DNA of 64,000 nucleotides from Patescibacteria group bacterium (GTDB lineage: Bacteria; Bacteroidota; Ignavibacteria; Kapaibacteriales; Kapaibacteriaceae), in the NCBI GenBank assembly GCA_044376225.1, contig JBILLF010000003.1, positions 2,754 to 66,753 on the forward strand, given 5' to 3'. The notes beneath the pieces were generated by a model. The model ran no database searches and was not told the origin of the DNA. It saw only the letters and a list, made by a program, of their open reading frames with translations. Position numbers and translations under genes: made by a program. Positions 7,538-15,821 of the stretch are shown here, one piece after another; positions within the stretch are counted from its first letter, which is position 1, and every line of letters begins with the position of its first letter.

Positions 7538-10500
7538 GGCGTCTTGCCTTGTGACAATCTCTGGCGCTGCAGAGCCTCGAAGTATTGCCGAATGATGTTC
7601 TCGTAATCGGCCGTATATCCTTGGCGCAGTTGCTCGATCGCTGTACGCGACATCAATTGCTGCCGCTGCAGATCGATCTCAGCCGGAGAGCGTTTGTCTA
7701 GATCTTTGCCGGACGATGATTCCCTATTCTTCTCGTAGTCGCGCTCGTTCATTGACCGTGAAGCGTCGAGGAGTCTGGAAAGGATACGCTCCTGGCGAAG
7801 ACGCGTGTCGGAGGTGATGTTCCCGGTCTGCATGTCGGACATCACTTCTTCCATGTCCTTCGCGATACGGTTTAAGTCTCCCAGTGGCTGCTTCTGTCCA
7901 TTTGCGTTCTTTCTCTGATCTTCTATCTCTTGTAGCGATTTCAGAGCCCGGCCCTGTTGACCAGCAAGGCGTCCCATTTCAGCACGCTGCTGCTCCGACA
8001 TCTGTCCGCTCTGTCCCACGCGGTTCATGCCGTCGTTGATCGACTGCTGCTGATCAGCCAGCTGCTGAAGTCGCTGAAAAGGGCTTTTCCCGCGTCCTTC
8101 ACCCTGACCTGGCATCTGTCCGTTGCCGCCCTGTCCTGCCCCTTCGCCCTGCATCATTTGAGCCATGGCACTACCCATCTTGGACGCTGCACCGTTCATG
8201 GCCTTCATGGCAGCAGATTGCGACTGCATTGCCTGCATTCCATTCCGATCAGCCATGGACTTCATCGCATCACGCATTGCCTGAAGGGCATCACCCATGT
8301 CCTGGGCCATTTCCGGCGTTACTGCAGTAGACTTCTGACCCAGCTGCATCATGTTGTTGGCAATGTTCTGCATCGACTCCTGTAGTCGCTGCTGCTGCTG
8401 GGCAAGCTGCGACATTTGCATGGAGTTCGGGTCGAGCCCCTTCATCTGCTCACGCAGAGCTTCCTGCTGTTTCGATAGTTGCGTGAGGTCTTCTGTGCTC
8501 TTCTGCATCTGACGCATGGCTTCGCGCTGGCTGTTGCGACGCATTTCCCGCTTCATGCTCTTCATCTGTTGCGCAAAACGCTGAAGATTCTGCGAGGCCT
8601 GCTTTTGCTTTTCCGAAGCTTGGTCGTTTTGACCCTGACGCATCTGTTCTTCGGCCTTTTCCATCTGATTCCGTGTTTCCGAAGCATTAAGGTCATTCTG
8701 TGCCTGCTGCATCTTTTCCTGCGGCATGTCCTGACCGATTTCCTTCATGAGTTGCTCGAGATCCTTTGACTCCTGCGCTAGTCGGTCGAGTTCTTCCTGA
8801 AGCTTCTTCTGTTCCTCTGCCAAACGCTGATTCTCGGCCTTGTTGTTCGGGTTTGCCTGCTCGGTGCGCTGACTGAGCTCATCCTGCTTGCGGGCAAGCT
8901 CTTCGGCCCGTTTTGCTAGCTCATCGGTCTTTTGCTCAGCCTGCATGCGCTTGAGAAGTGACAGCTGGCGGTCGAGATTCTTCCGAAATTCTTCTTCGTT
9001 GAACTTGAAGTCTTTCATCATACGCTGCAGCTCTTCGGGGGATACCTCTTCCATGGCCTTACGCATCTGTTCCTGCATGCGCGAAAGGTCTGGGTTTTTG
9101 ACCTCGCGCATCAATTGCTGGAGCTCCTGATACTTCTTGAGTGTCTCTTCACTGATGGCCTGATTGTCTCGGAGCTTTTCGGTCATCTCCTGCACTTTGT
9201 CGGCCATCTTCTCCATGCGCTGTTCGAGTTCCTGCTGACGCTTAATCAGGTCTTCAGCTTTCTTTTTATCAGCCCATGCAGCTTCCATTTGCTGCTTGGA
9301 CTGCTGTTTCTGCAGTTCCCGTTGCAGCTGTTCGGCCTCTTTCTTGATGTTCTCGGCCTCCTTAGCGAGGTTCTTCATCTCTTTGCGAATGTCGCCTTGC
9401 TGGCGGTCGGTTTCGGCAAACACTTCGTCAAGTGATGGCATCCGCACGGAGATGGTTGCGGTCTTTGCCGTTTTGGGTCCGCCGATGATATCGTTGTCAG
9501 CAACTTCAAGGTAGAACTCGTATGTATCCTCGGGTGTCATGTCCACCTTTGCCATATCCCAGACATACCGGATATCCTGCGACGTTGACGGATCGGGAAT
9601 CGGTATAGCGATCGACCGGAAGTTCTTCTCGGGTTGGGCATATCGGGATGCCGTAAGTCGGTAGTATAGCTTGAGTCCCGAGAATCCGAAGTCATCACTG
9701 ACCGAGACGGCAACCGGCAAGACGGCAGTTTGGCGGAGTTCAACGTTCTCTCGTGGTGAAACGAGCGAGATCATTGGATAGGAGTCCGTAAGGGCTACGA
9801 TACTTGCTTTCAGCGGATCAATATTGGTTGTTCCATCACGGTCTTCGAGTCGAATCGTATACGAGCCCGTGCGCCGAACCATGAAGCCCCCTGAGGCTGA
9901 ATTCGCCGAGACGGTCATTTCGGCGACGGTTGAATCTGCCGTTGCGGAATCGCTTCCTGCGGTTTTTAGCACGATAAATGCACGGCGAAGGGGCTTATTG
10001 CTCTCTACGTTCAATCGCACCATTGAGCCAGCTATAGTGGTGACGTCGGCGTGTGTGGCATCGAGCCGTGACGACGCCAGGCGCGTATAGGTTGGTGGTG
10101 TCACGCTGCCGCTTAGAGCACGAATCAATGGTCGGTCGATCACCGTGATCCGCGCGGTGTCACTGATGACGCGGGTGTCAAGCCATGGACTTTCTGCGTA
10201 GAACTCCACCGACTGAGTAAGCCCTGAGAACAGGTACGAATACACGTTTCCTGAATCACGGCGGATTGTGTGCTGAGTGAACGACTTCTGTCCGGCCTCC
10301 CGAACGTTGAAAACCACCGTCTCCGGAGGTACGCCCTTTGCCGTTACGATAACCTTCGATGCGGCACCGCGCATAAGCGTATCCTGCAGGGCCTCTACCT
10401 TCAGCGCGAAAGGTGCTGGTGGCAGGTAAGACGAGGCATGATCAACTAGACGGTGCCATGCCCCGCCGAATGAATGCGGCAACCCAGTCAGTGCAACAAC

Positions 10501-10995
10501 TACGATGAGTGCGCTACCTACCATCCACAGGGCCGCCATGCGTGCAGGGCGACGGTTGATAACAACGGAGAAGTCGAGGGGGTCGGTAGCGGCCGCAACG
10601 CCGACGAAGGCAGCTTCTGCAAGTTCGCTGCCCGTTTCTGGCTGTCGTGTGAGCTGGAGGGCATTACAAAGTGCGTCCTTAATCTCGGGATAGGCCTTAC
10701 CGACACGCAGAGCCATCTGTTCGGAATCATCGGTCGCGAGGACACCGGCCAGGCGCAAAACAGGTGGTAGGATCAGCAACGCGCCTGCTAGTCCGGAAAG
10801 GGCAATTAACGCCCACCAGATGAATGTGCGCATTGGTACACCCATGTGCAGCAGAGCCTCGACGCCTGCGGCAAGCAGGATCGAAAGGCATACAATCGTT
10901 GCTGTATAGCCTATACCTCTCAGAAGGTGATACCCTTGTTCAGCTCGGGTTACTGCCCTTAGGCGTTGAATGATGTGGGCACGACGTGTGGTCAT
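7534..10995 (-). CDS. Large membrane-anchored protein, DUF4175-like (Bat/aerotolerance-operon-associated), with a long Q/E/K/M-rich coiled coil
   Basis: 1153 aa with three N-terminal hydrophobic helices and ALRVGKAYPEIKDALCNALQL between helices 2 and 3. A beta-rich middle region is followed by about 480 aa of low-complexity coiled coil, and the C-terminus reads ...YENIIRQYFEALQR. It sits directly downstream of a DUF4159-like gene. The family is recalled from memory. Confidence 0.5.
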   Translation of the reverse strand: MTTRRAHIIQRLRAVTRAEQGYHLLRGIGYTATIVCLSILLAAGVEALLHMGVPMRTFIWWALIALSGLAGALLILPPVLRLAGVLATDDSEQMALRVGKAYPEIKDALCNALQLTRQPETGSELAEAAFVGVAAATDPLDFSVVINRRPARMAALWMVGSALIVVVALTGLPHSFGGAWHRLVDHASSYLPPAPFALKVEALQDTLMRGAASKVIVTAKGVPPETVVFNVREAGQKSFTQHTIRRDSGNVYSYLFSGLTQSVEFYAESPWLDTRVISDTARITVIDRPLIRALSGSVTPPTYTRLASSRLDATHADVTTIAGSMVRLNVESNKPLRRAFIVLKTAGSDSATADSTVAEMTVSANSASGGFMVRRTGSYTIRLEDRDGTTNIDPLKASIVALTDSYPMISLVSPRENVELRQTAVLPVAVSVSDDFGFSGLKLYYRLTASRYAQPEKNFRSIAIPIPDPSTSQDIRYVWDMAKVDMTPEDTYEFYLEVADNDIIGGPKTAKTATISVRMPSLDEVFAETDRQQGDIRKEMKNLAKEAENIKKEAEQLQRELQKQQSKQQMEAAWADKKKAEDLIKRQQELEQRMEKMADKVQEMTEKLRDNQAISEETLKKYQELQQLMREVKNPDLSRMQEQMRKAMEEVSPEELQRMMKDFKFNEEEFRKNLDRQLSLLKRMQAEQKTDELAKRAEELARKQDELSQRTEQANPNNKAENQRLAEEQKKLQEELDRLAQESKDLEQLMKEIGQDMPQEKMQQAQNDLNASETRNQMEKAEEQMRQGQNDQASEKQKQASQNLQRFAQQMKSMKREMRRNSQREAMRQMQKSTEDLTQLSKQQEALREQMKGLDPNSMQMSQLAQQQQRLQESMQNIANNMMQLGQKSTAVTPEMAQDMGDALQAMRDAMKSMADRNGMQAMQSQSAAMKAMNGAASKMGSAMAQMMQGEGAGQGGNGQMPGQGEGRGKSPFQRLQQLADQQQSINDGMNRVGQSGQMSEQQRAEMGRLAGQQGRALKSLQEIEDQRKNANGQKQPLGDLNRIAKDMEEVMSDMQTGNITSDTRLRQERILSRLLDASRSMNERDYEKNRESSSGKDLDKRSPAEIDLQRQQLMSRTAIEQLRQGYTADYENIIRQYFEALQRQRLSQGKTP
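7990..9440 (-). repeat. Low-complexity Q/E/K/M-rich coiled-coil coding tract inside the DUF4175-like CDS
   Basis: The translation is dominated by E, K, Q, M, L and A heptad-like runs (e.g. KEAEQLQRELQKQQSKQQMEAAWADKKKAEDLIKRQQELEQRMEKMADKVQEM). Confidence 0.7.
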
Positions 10996-11008
10996 GTTCT
11001 TTTAGCCG

Positions 11009-11680
11009 TTACCTCGACAGTGCATAGACAATAATATTCGTTCCCATCTTCAGCGCCGCTTCTCGACGTTCAGGTGGGTCATTATGAACCTCCGGATCTG
11101 CCCAACCGTCGCTCGGATTTGTTTCATAGGTGTAAAACACGCACACCTTTCCGTCATGGAACAGAGCCAGCCCTTCAGGGGGCTTGTTGTCATGTTCATG
11201 GATCTTCGGAAGCCCCTTTGGGAAATCATAGTGGCAATGGTAGATCGGGTGTGAAAAGGGCAGCTCCCTCAATGCCTGATCTGGAAAGACCCTCTTTAGT
11301 TCACGTCGAATGGACTCGTCCATTCCGTAATCGTCGTCAATGTAGAGGAACCCACCATTGGTCAAATAGGCACGAAGGTTCCGCAACTCCGCTTCGGTCA
11401 AGCTTACCGTTCCATGCCCTGTCATGAACAGCATCGGATACAAGAACAGGTTGTCGGTTCCAAGGTCGACGTATTCATAGACTGGTTCGACGGTGATCGA
11501 AGTGTGAGTCCGCACATAGCGAAGGAGGTTGATCTCTGCGCTGGGGTCGTTATACCAGTCTCCCCCGCCGGAGTATTTGACACGGGCGATCTTGACCGCT
11601 GAACCCGATGCAGGGGCATTCTGTGCAGCAGTTGAGGAATGAAGTCCGATAATGGCCAGCAGCACTATGAGAATCGACAC
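11009..11680 (-). CDS. DUF4159-like exported protein
   Basis: It has a signal peptide (MSILIVLLAIIGLHSSTAAQ). VKYSGGGDWYNDPSAEINLLRY and LFLYPMLFMTGHGTVSLTEAELRNLRAYLTNGGFLYIDDDYG match my recollection of DUF4159. Confidence 0.6.
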   Translation of the reverse strand: MSILIVLLAIIGLHSSTAAQNAPASGSAVKIARVKYSGGGDWYNDPSAEINLLRYVRTHTSITVEPVYEYVDLGTDNLFLYPMLFMTGHGTVSLTEAELRNLRAYLTNGGFLYIDDDYGMDESIRRELKRVFPDQALRELPFSHPIYHCHYDFPKGLPKIHEHDNKPPEGLALFHDGKVCVFYTYETNPSDGWADPEVHNDPPERREAALKMGTNIIVYALSR

Positions 11681-12330
11681 ACGACCACTTTCTTTTCGTC
11701 TTGAGTGAACATCGGCACACCGAAGATCTCCAATGGAATCGTGTCGATGCGAACGCCCTGGAATGCTGCCTTTGCCTCGGCGATTTCCTCGTTGAGATCT
11801 CCGCCTTTGAGAAAGGCGCAGACTGCATTGGGTTTGACCAGCGGTCGAACCCAGTCAAGGAGCATAGCCGTTCGGGCAACGGCGCGGGAGATTACAACGT
11901 CGAACGAGCCAATATAGTGGGGCTCCCGCGCCAGATCTTCACATCGTGCAGCCTGGACGGAAATGTCCTTGAGCATCGTATGCTGGGCGAACATCGCCGC
12001 CATGGTGGCCTTCTTCTTGATGGAATCCACCAGGAGCATTTTCAGATCTGGACGGGCAATCTTGATCGGGATACCGGGCAGGCCACCTCCGGTCCCCACG
12101 TCAAGAACACGTGCCTTCGGGCGGATGTTCACGTACTTGAGGATCGTCAGAGAATGAAGGATGTGTCGGTCCCAGACATTGACTTCGTCTTTGCGGGAGA
12201 TCATGTTGACCTTGGCATTCCAGTAGATCAATTCATCATGATAGCGCTTGAGAGCATCTACCTGCTCCTTTTCGAGCAGGATATCGTTAGCTGAGCAGGT
12301 CGTCCAGAAGTCAAGGGGTGTCATTGACAT
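11665..12330 (-). CDS. rsmG: 16S rRNA (guanine527-N7)-methyltransferase RsmG (GidB)
   Basis: SAM motif VLDVGTGGGLPGIPIKIARPD, with typical length and an N-terminal LEKEQVDALKRYHDELIYWNAKVN. It overlaps the DUF4159-like start by 16 nt. Confidence 0.9.
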   Translation of the reverse strand: MSMTPLDFWTTCSANDILLEKEQVDALKRYHDELIYWNAKVNMISRKDEVNVWDRHILHSLTILKYVNIRPKARVLDVGTGGGLPGIPIKIARPDLKMLLVDSIKKKATMAAMFAQHTMLKDISVQAARCEDLAREPHYIGSFDVVISRAVARTAMLLDWVRPLVKPNAVCAFLKGGDLNEEIAEAKAAFQGVRIDTIPLEIFGVPMFTQDEKKVVVCRFS

Positions 12331-12377
12331 GCATTCAACGCGGAGTTGGTGGATGTGAGGTCGTAGTTTCGCACGGT

Positions 12378-13010
12378 ATGCATGTTCCCTTTTTCAGCGT
12401 GATCATCTGCACGTATCAGCGTGCAACATTGATTCCCCGAGCCCTGGATTCGCTCCTTCGTCAGGAAGAGACTGACTGGGAAGCGATCATCGTCGATGAC
12501 GGTTCAACGGATCCCACGGGCCGGGTGGTGCAAAAATACACCGATGCCGACGTGCGCTTCCGGTATTTCCATCGTGAGCATTGCGGCGTTGCCCGGTCAC
12601 GGAATCATGGTATCTCCGAAGCCAAGGGGCTTTTTGTGACGTTCCTTGACAGCGATGATGAGTTTCTCGATGATCATCTATCGAGCCGGCAACAGATGCT
12701 ACTTGCCAATCCGGAGGTCATGTTGCTGCACGGCGGAGTAGAGATCATTGGCGATTCGATGGTTCGGGATCGGCACGACCCGACAAAGTGGATTCACCTG
12801 GAGGAATGCGTCATCGGAGGCACCTTTGTCATAAGAAGAGATCTCTTCCAACGCGTCGGGACGTTCTCTGAGATCGAATACGGCGATGATGCAGAGTTCT
12901 TCGAGCGCGTGGCATCTTCGGGTGTGAGTATCGCTCGGACAGATCACCCGACCTATCGCTATTACCGAGACACCCAGGATGCCCTGACGAGGACCTATGG
13001 CACGACGTGA
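12378..13010 (+). CDS. Family 2 glycosyltransferase
   Basis: FSVIICTYQR...IIVDDGSTD...FLDSDDEF (DxD). I prefer the ATG at 12378 (MHVPFFSVII) over the ORF-track start at 12318. Confidence 0.8.
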   Translation: MHVPFFSVIICTYQRATLIPRALDSLLRQEETDWEAIIVDDGSTDPTGRVVQKYTDADVRFRYFHREHCGVARSRNHGISEAKGLFVTFLDSDDEFLDDHLSSRQQMLLANPEVMLLHGGVEIIGDSMVRDRHDPTKWIHLEECVIGGTFVIRRDLFQRVGTFSEIEYGDDAEFFERVASSGVSIARTDHPTYRYYRDTQDALTRTYGTT

Positions 13011-13653
13011 ATCCAAGGCAGCTAAGTCGCTTCGACTCAACACGATACTGGATCGACTTGCAGTGGCCTACCCTGACGCTCGAGTCGGTTTGGATTTTAC
13101 TTCACCGCTCGAGCTCCTCATTGCTACGATCCTGTCTGCGCAATGCACGGACGAGCGTGTGAACAAGGTCACACCTGCGCTGTTCGCCCGTTTTAAAGAT
13201 GCCACGGACTACGCCAGCGCCCCATTGGAAGAGCTTGAAGAGTATGTCCGGACAACCGGATTTTACAAGAACAAGGCCAAGAACATACGGGATTGCTGCC
13301 GCCAGCTCCTTGATCGTTACTCCGGTGAAGTACCCCGCACACTCGAGGATCTTGTAACTCTCTCTGGAGTTGGACGGAAAACGGCGAACTGTGTTCTGAG
13401 TAACTGTTTTGACGTTCCAGGGTTGACAGTCGATACCCATGTAACGCGAATCACGAATCTCCTGGGCTTTGTTGATACAAATGACGCCGTAAAGATCGAG
13501 TTTGCCCTGATGGACATCCTTAATCCAGAGCGATGGAATCAATTCGACACCTTGATCATCAACCACGGACGGCGCACATGTGTTGCACGAAGACCACGCT
13601 GCACGGACTGCGCTATCATCGACCTTTGCCCCTCTCAAAAGAAATCACCGTAG
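12997..13653 (+). CDS. nth: Endonuclease III
   Basis: HhH-GPD motif LSGVGRKTANCVL and a C-terminal 4Fe-4S cluster CVARRPRCTDCAIIDLC (C-x6-C-x2-C-x5-C). Confidence 0.95.
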   Translation: MARRESKAAKSLRLNTILDRLAVAYPDARVGLDFTSPLELLIATILSAQCTDERVNKVTPALFARFKDATDYASAPLEELEEYVRTTGFYKNKAKNIRDCCRQLLDRYSGEVPRTLEDLVTLSGVGRKTANCVLSNCFDVPGLTVDTHVTRITNLLGFVDTNDAVKIEFALMDILNPERWNQFDTLIINHGRRTCVARRPRCTDCAIIDLCPSQKKSP

Positions 13654-13717
13654 CGAAGTGTCACGAAATACTCGACAGATTGCTCAATGGCCGAAATCAC
13701 TTGAGAACACTTCGACC

Positions 13718-15724
13718 ATGAACCTTCGCTTGCCGGGGCATTTACCCTATTGTTTCCTGTACCTTTTGCTTTGTGCTCTGCTGTCCACTCCTGGGCTGAG
13801 GGCACAGCCTATTGGCGTTATTGCCGGCTTGACTATACCTGTGCCTTCGGCTGATTTCCAGCAGCTGGGTAACTATCCCTCGTGTTGTCCTCGTTTCACC
13901 GACGGTAGTGGATCAGGATTTCAATTTGGCGGATGGTATGAGCGAACCCTGACAGGCCCCTTGAGTTTATCAACCCGTCTGATGCTTTCGTACGAAAACG
14001 TGAGTTTTGCGTTTGACGAACGCAGCTTTGTCGCGGATCTGCGTGATACGCCGAGAGTCGTCCCGGCAGTCTTCCGTCATGGGCTTTCATCCACACAAGC
14101 ACAGATCGTCATTGAGCCGCTTCTTGCGTTGCGTTTCGCCGGAAACGGCAGTATGCTGTTTGGTCCCCGACTGGGGGCTTCGGTCACATCGACCTTCCAG
14201 CAGACAGAGTCGCTCGTAGAACCGGCAGACTTTGGTTCGTTTATAAATACCGGACGTGTCTGGATAGATCAATCCGGCGATATTCCCTCGACACCTGCTC
14301 TCGCCCTAGCCCTTACCGGGGCTCTGCGCTGGTCGTTCAGACTGACCTCATCGGGCAGCGTTATGATGCTGCCCGAGCTTTCGTTCTCTTATGCATTGAC
14401 ACCTGTTTCACAGGGGGCTGACTGGTACCCACATGCCGTTAGATTATCGATAGCATTGGGTTGGAGACCGGGAGTCGAGCAACCAATCCCGCAAAGACCC
14501 CAAGAGCCGCCATTGCAGCCGCCGGCTCTGGTGCGCCGTGTGACTGATCGTCCGGAACCACCGAAAATCACACTTCGGATTCTGGGCGTGAATGATGACG
14601 GAACGACTACCCCCGACCCGGTAATCAGTCGACGTGAGGTCTTTATCCGCACCCTTCATCCGATGCTAGGCAATGTCTATTTCGATGAAGGCTCATGGCA
14701 GATCCCCGAGCGCTACCTGCGTGGGATTGACCGTGCGCGTCGGGATACCCTCTCGTTGGGCCCTCTTGAGGCACTGCATGGTGAGCTGGCCATCATTGCG
14801 GCCCGAATGAAGAACCGTCCGCAAGCCCGCCTTCGCGTTGGTGGAATGACGGCCAATACGCCCCGAGATCAGGGGGCTGCACTAGCCAGGCGCCGAGCCG
14901 AGTCCGTTCGGGATAAACTGATCGCACTTGGTATAGAGCCACAGCGCATCGAATTGATTCCAAGTTCGGGTCTGTTTCCAGCCACGCGCGCTTCTGACAG
15001 CCTGCAGAAGCCCCTTGCCATCGAAGAGAATCAACGAGTTGAGGTCTCGTGTTCGGATTTCGTCGTGATGGCGCCGATTACGCTAGGAACGACCGATGTT
15101 TCGGTACAACCACGTAGGATTCGGATTATCGACACGGTCGCGTCAAGTGCGCTCTCTGCGGTAACCAGCCAGATACAAATCGCTGACCAACGAATGCCAG
15201 TCGAACGTACAACGAGCGCCCCAAGCGGAATCGAAGATGTCGATATCGGGTCGCTGGTTGCGTCTTCTCGTTCCTCCAGTCTCGAGATACGGATATCAGC
15301 CACGGATACAGCCGGACAGTCCAGCACAGAGATTATCGCGGTACCGATACGTCAGCAGTCTGTTGAAAAGTGGCGTGCCGAGCGCAGTGGAGACCTATTG
15401 ATCGAGCGCTACGGGCTCGTCCTGTTTGAGTTTAATAATGCTGGTCTCAGTGATCAGCACCGCAAGATCATCGACATTATCCGGTCTCGTATCACCCCTC
15501 AGACCACCGTTTCCATTCTTGGGATGACCGATGTTTTGGGTTCGGACGAATACAATAGGGACCTTTCGCAGCGTCGGGCAAAGGAAGTTGCGCGAGCATT
15601 GGGTGTCACCTCCGTTACCATCGACGCAAGGGGTGAATCGGCGCCGCAGTTCGTTAATGATCTGCCCGAAGGCAGAGCATCAAACAGAACTGTTGTCGTT
15701 GAGCTGAAAACAAAGGTTCCGTAA
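13718..15724 (+). CDS. Outer-membrane protein with an N-terminal beta-rich (barrel-like) region and two OmpA-like peptidoglycan-binding domains (paralogue 1)
   Basis: I prefer the ATG at 13718 (MNLRLPGHLPYCFLYLLLCALLSTPGLRAQP signal peptide). First OmpA-like core: RLRVGGMTANTPRDQGAALARRRAESVRDKLIALGI...NQRVEV. Second: VSILGMTDVLGSDEYNRDLSQRRAKEVARALG...RASNRTVVVEL. It is a paralogue of 20162-22180. Confidence 0.7.
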   Translation: MNLRLPGHLPYCFLYLLLCALLSTPGLRAQPIGVIAGLTIPVPSADFQQLGNYPSCCPRFTDGSGSGFQFGGWYERTLTGPLSLSTRLMLSYENVSFAFDERSFVADLRDTPRVVPAVFRHGLSSTQAQIVIEPLLALRFAGNGSMLFGPRLGASVTSTFQQTESLVEPADFGSFINTGRVWIDQSGDIPSTPALALALTGALRWSFRLTSSGSVMMLPELSFSYALTPVSQGADWYPHAVRLSIALGWRPGVEQPIPQRPQEPPLQPPALVRRVTDRPEPPKITLRILGVNDDGTTTPDPVISRREVFIRTLHPMLGNVYFDEGSWQIPERYLRGIDRARRDTLSLGPLEALHGELAIIAARMKNRPQARLRVGGMTANTPRDQGAALARRRAESVRDKLIALGIEPQRIELIPSSGLFPATRASDSLQKPLAIEENQRVEVSCSDFVVMAPITLGTTDVSVQPRRIRIIDTVASSALSAVTSQIQIADQRMPVERTTSAPSGIEDVDIGSLVASSRSSSLEIRISATDTAGQSSTEIIAVPIRQQSVEKWRAERSGDLLIERYGLVLFEFNNAGLSDQHRKIIDIIRSRITPQTTVSILGMTDVLGSDEYNRDLSQRRAKEVARALGVTSVTIDARGESAPQFVNDLPEGRASNRTVVVELKTKVP

Positions 15725-15821
15725 GGAAACGTTTTGCTCATTTCGTTGTCTATCTTGTCTGGTCGACGTCCGTCTCAACCTATGACTTTTGTGTCTGCAC
15801 TCCAGCAATCAAGGGAATCGA

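Noticed and set aside
7957-9514. A chain of H/L/F/C-rich plus-strand ORFs (7957-8385, 8479-8769, 8888-9130, 9115-9435, 9296-9514)
   Set aside because: They mirror the Q/E/K/M-rich coiled-coil tract on the minus strand; the reverse complements of CAG/GAG/AAG/ATG codons give Leu/His/Phe-rich frames. They are an artefact of low-complexity coding DNA, not genes.
11701-13638. Long antisense ORFs 11701-12294 (+, 197 aa) and 13102-13638 (-, 178 aa)
   Set aside because: They lie opposite rsmG and nth respectively, both of which carry diagnostic motifs. No motifs are present in the antisense translations.
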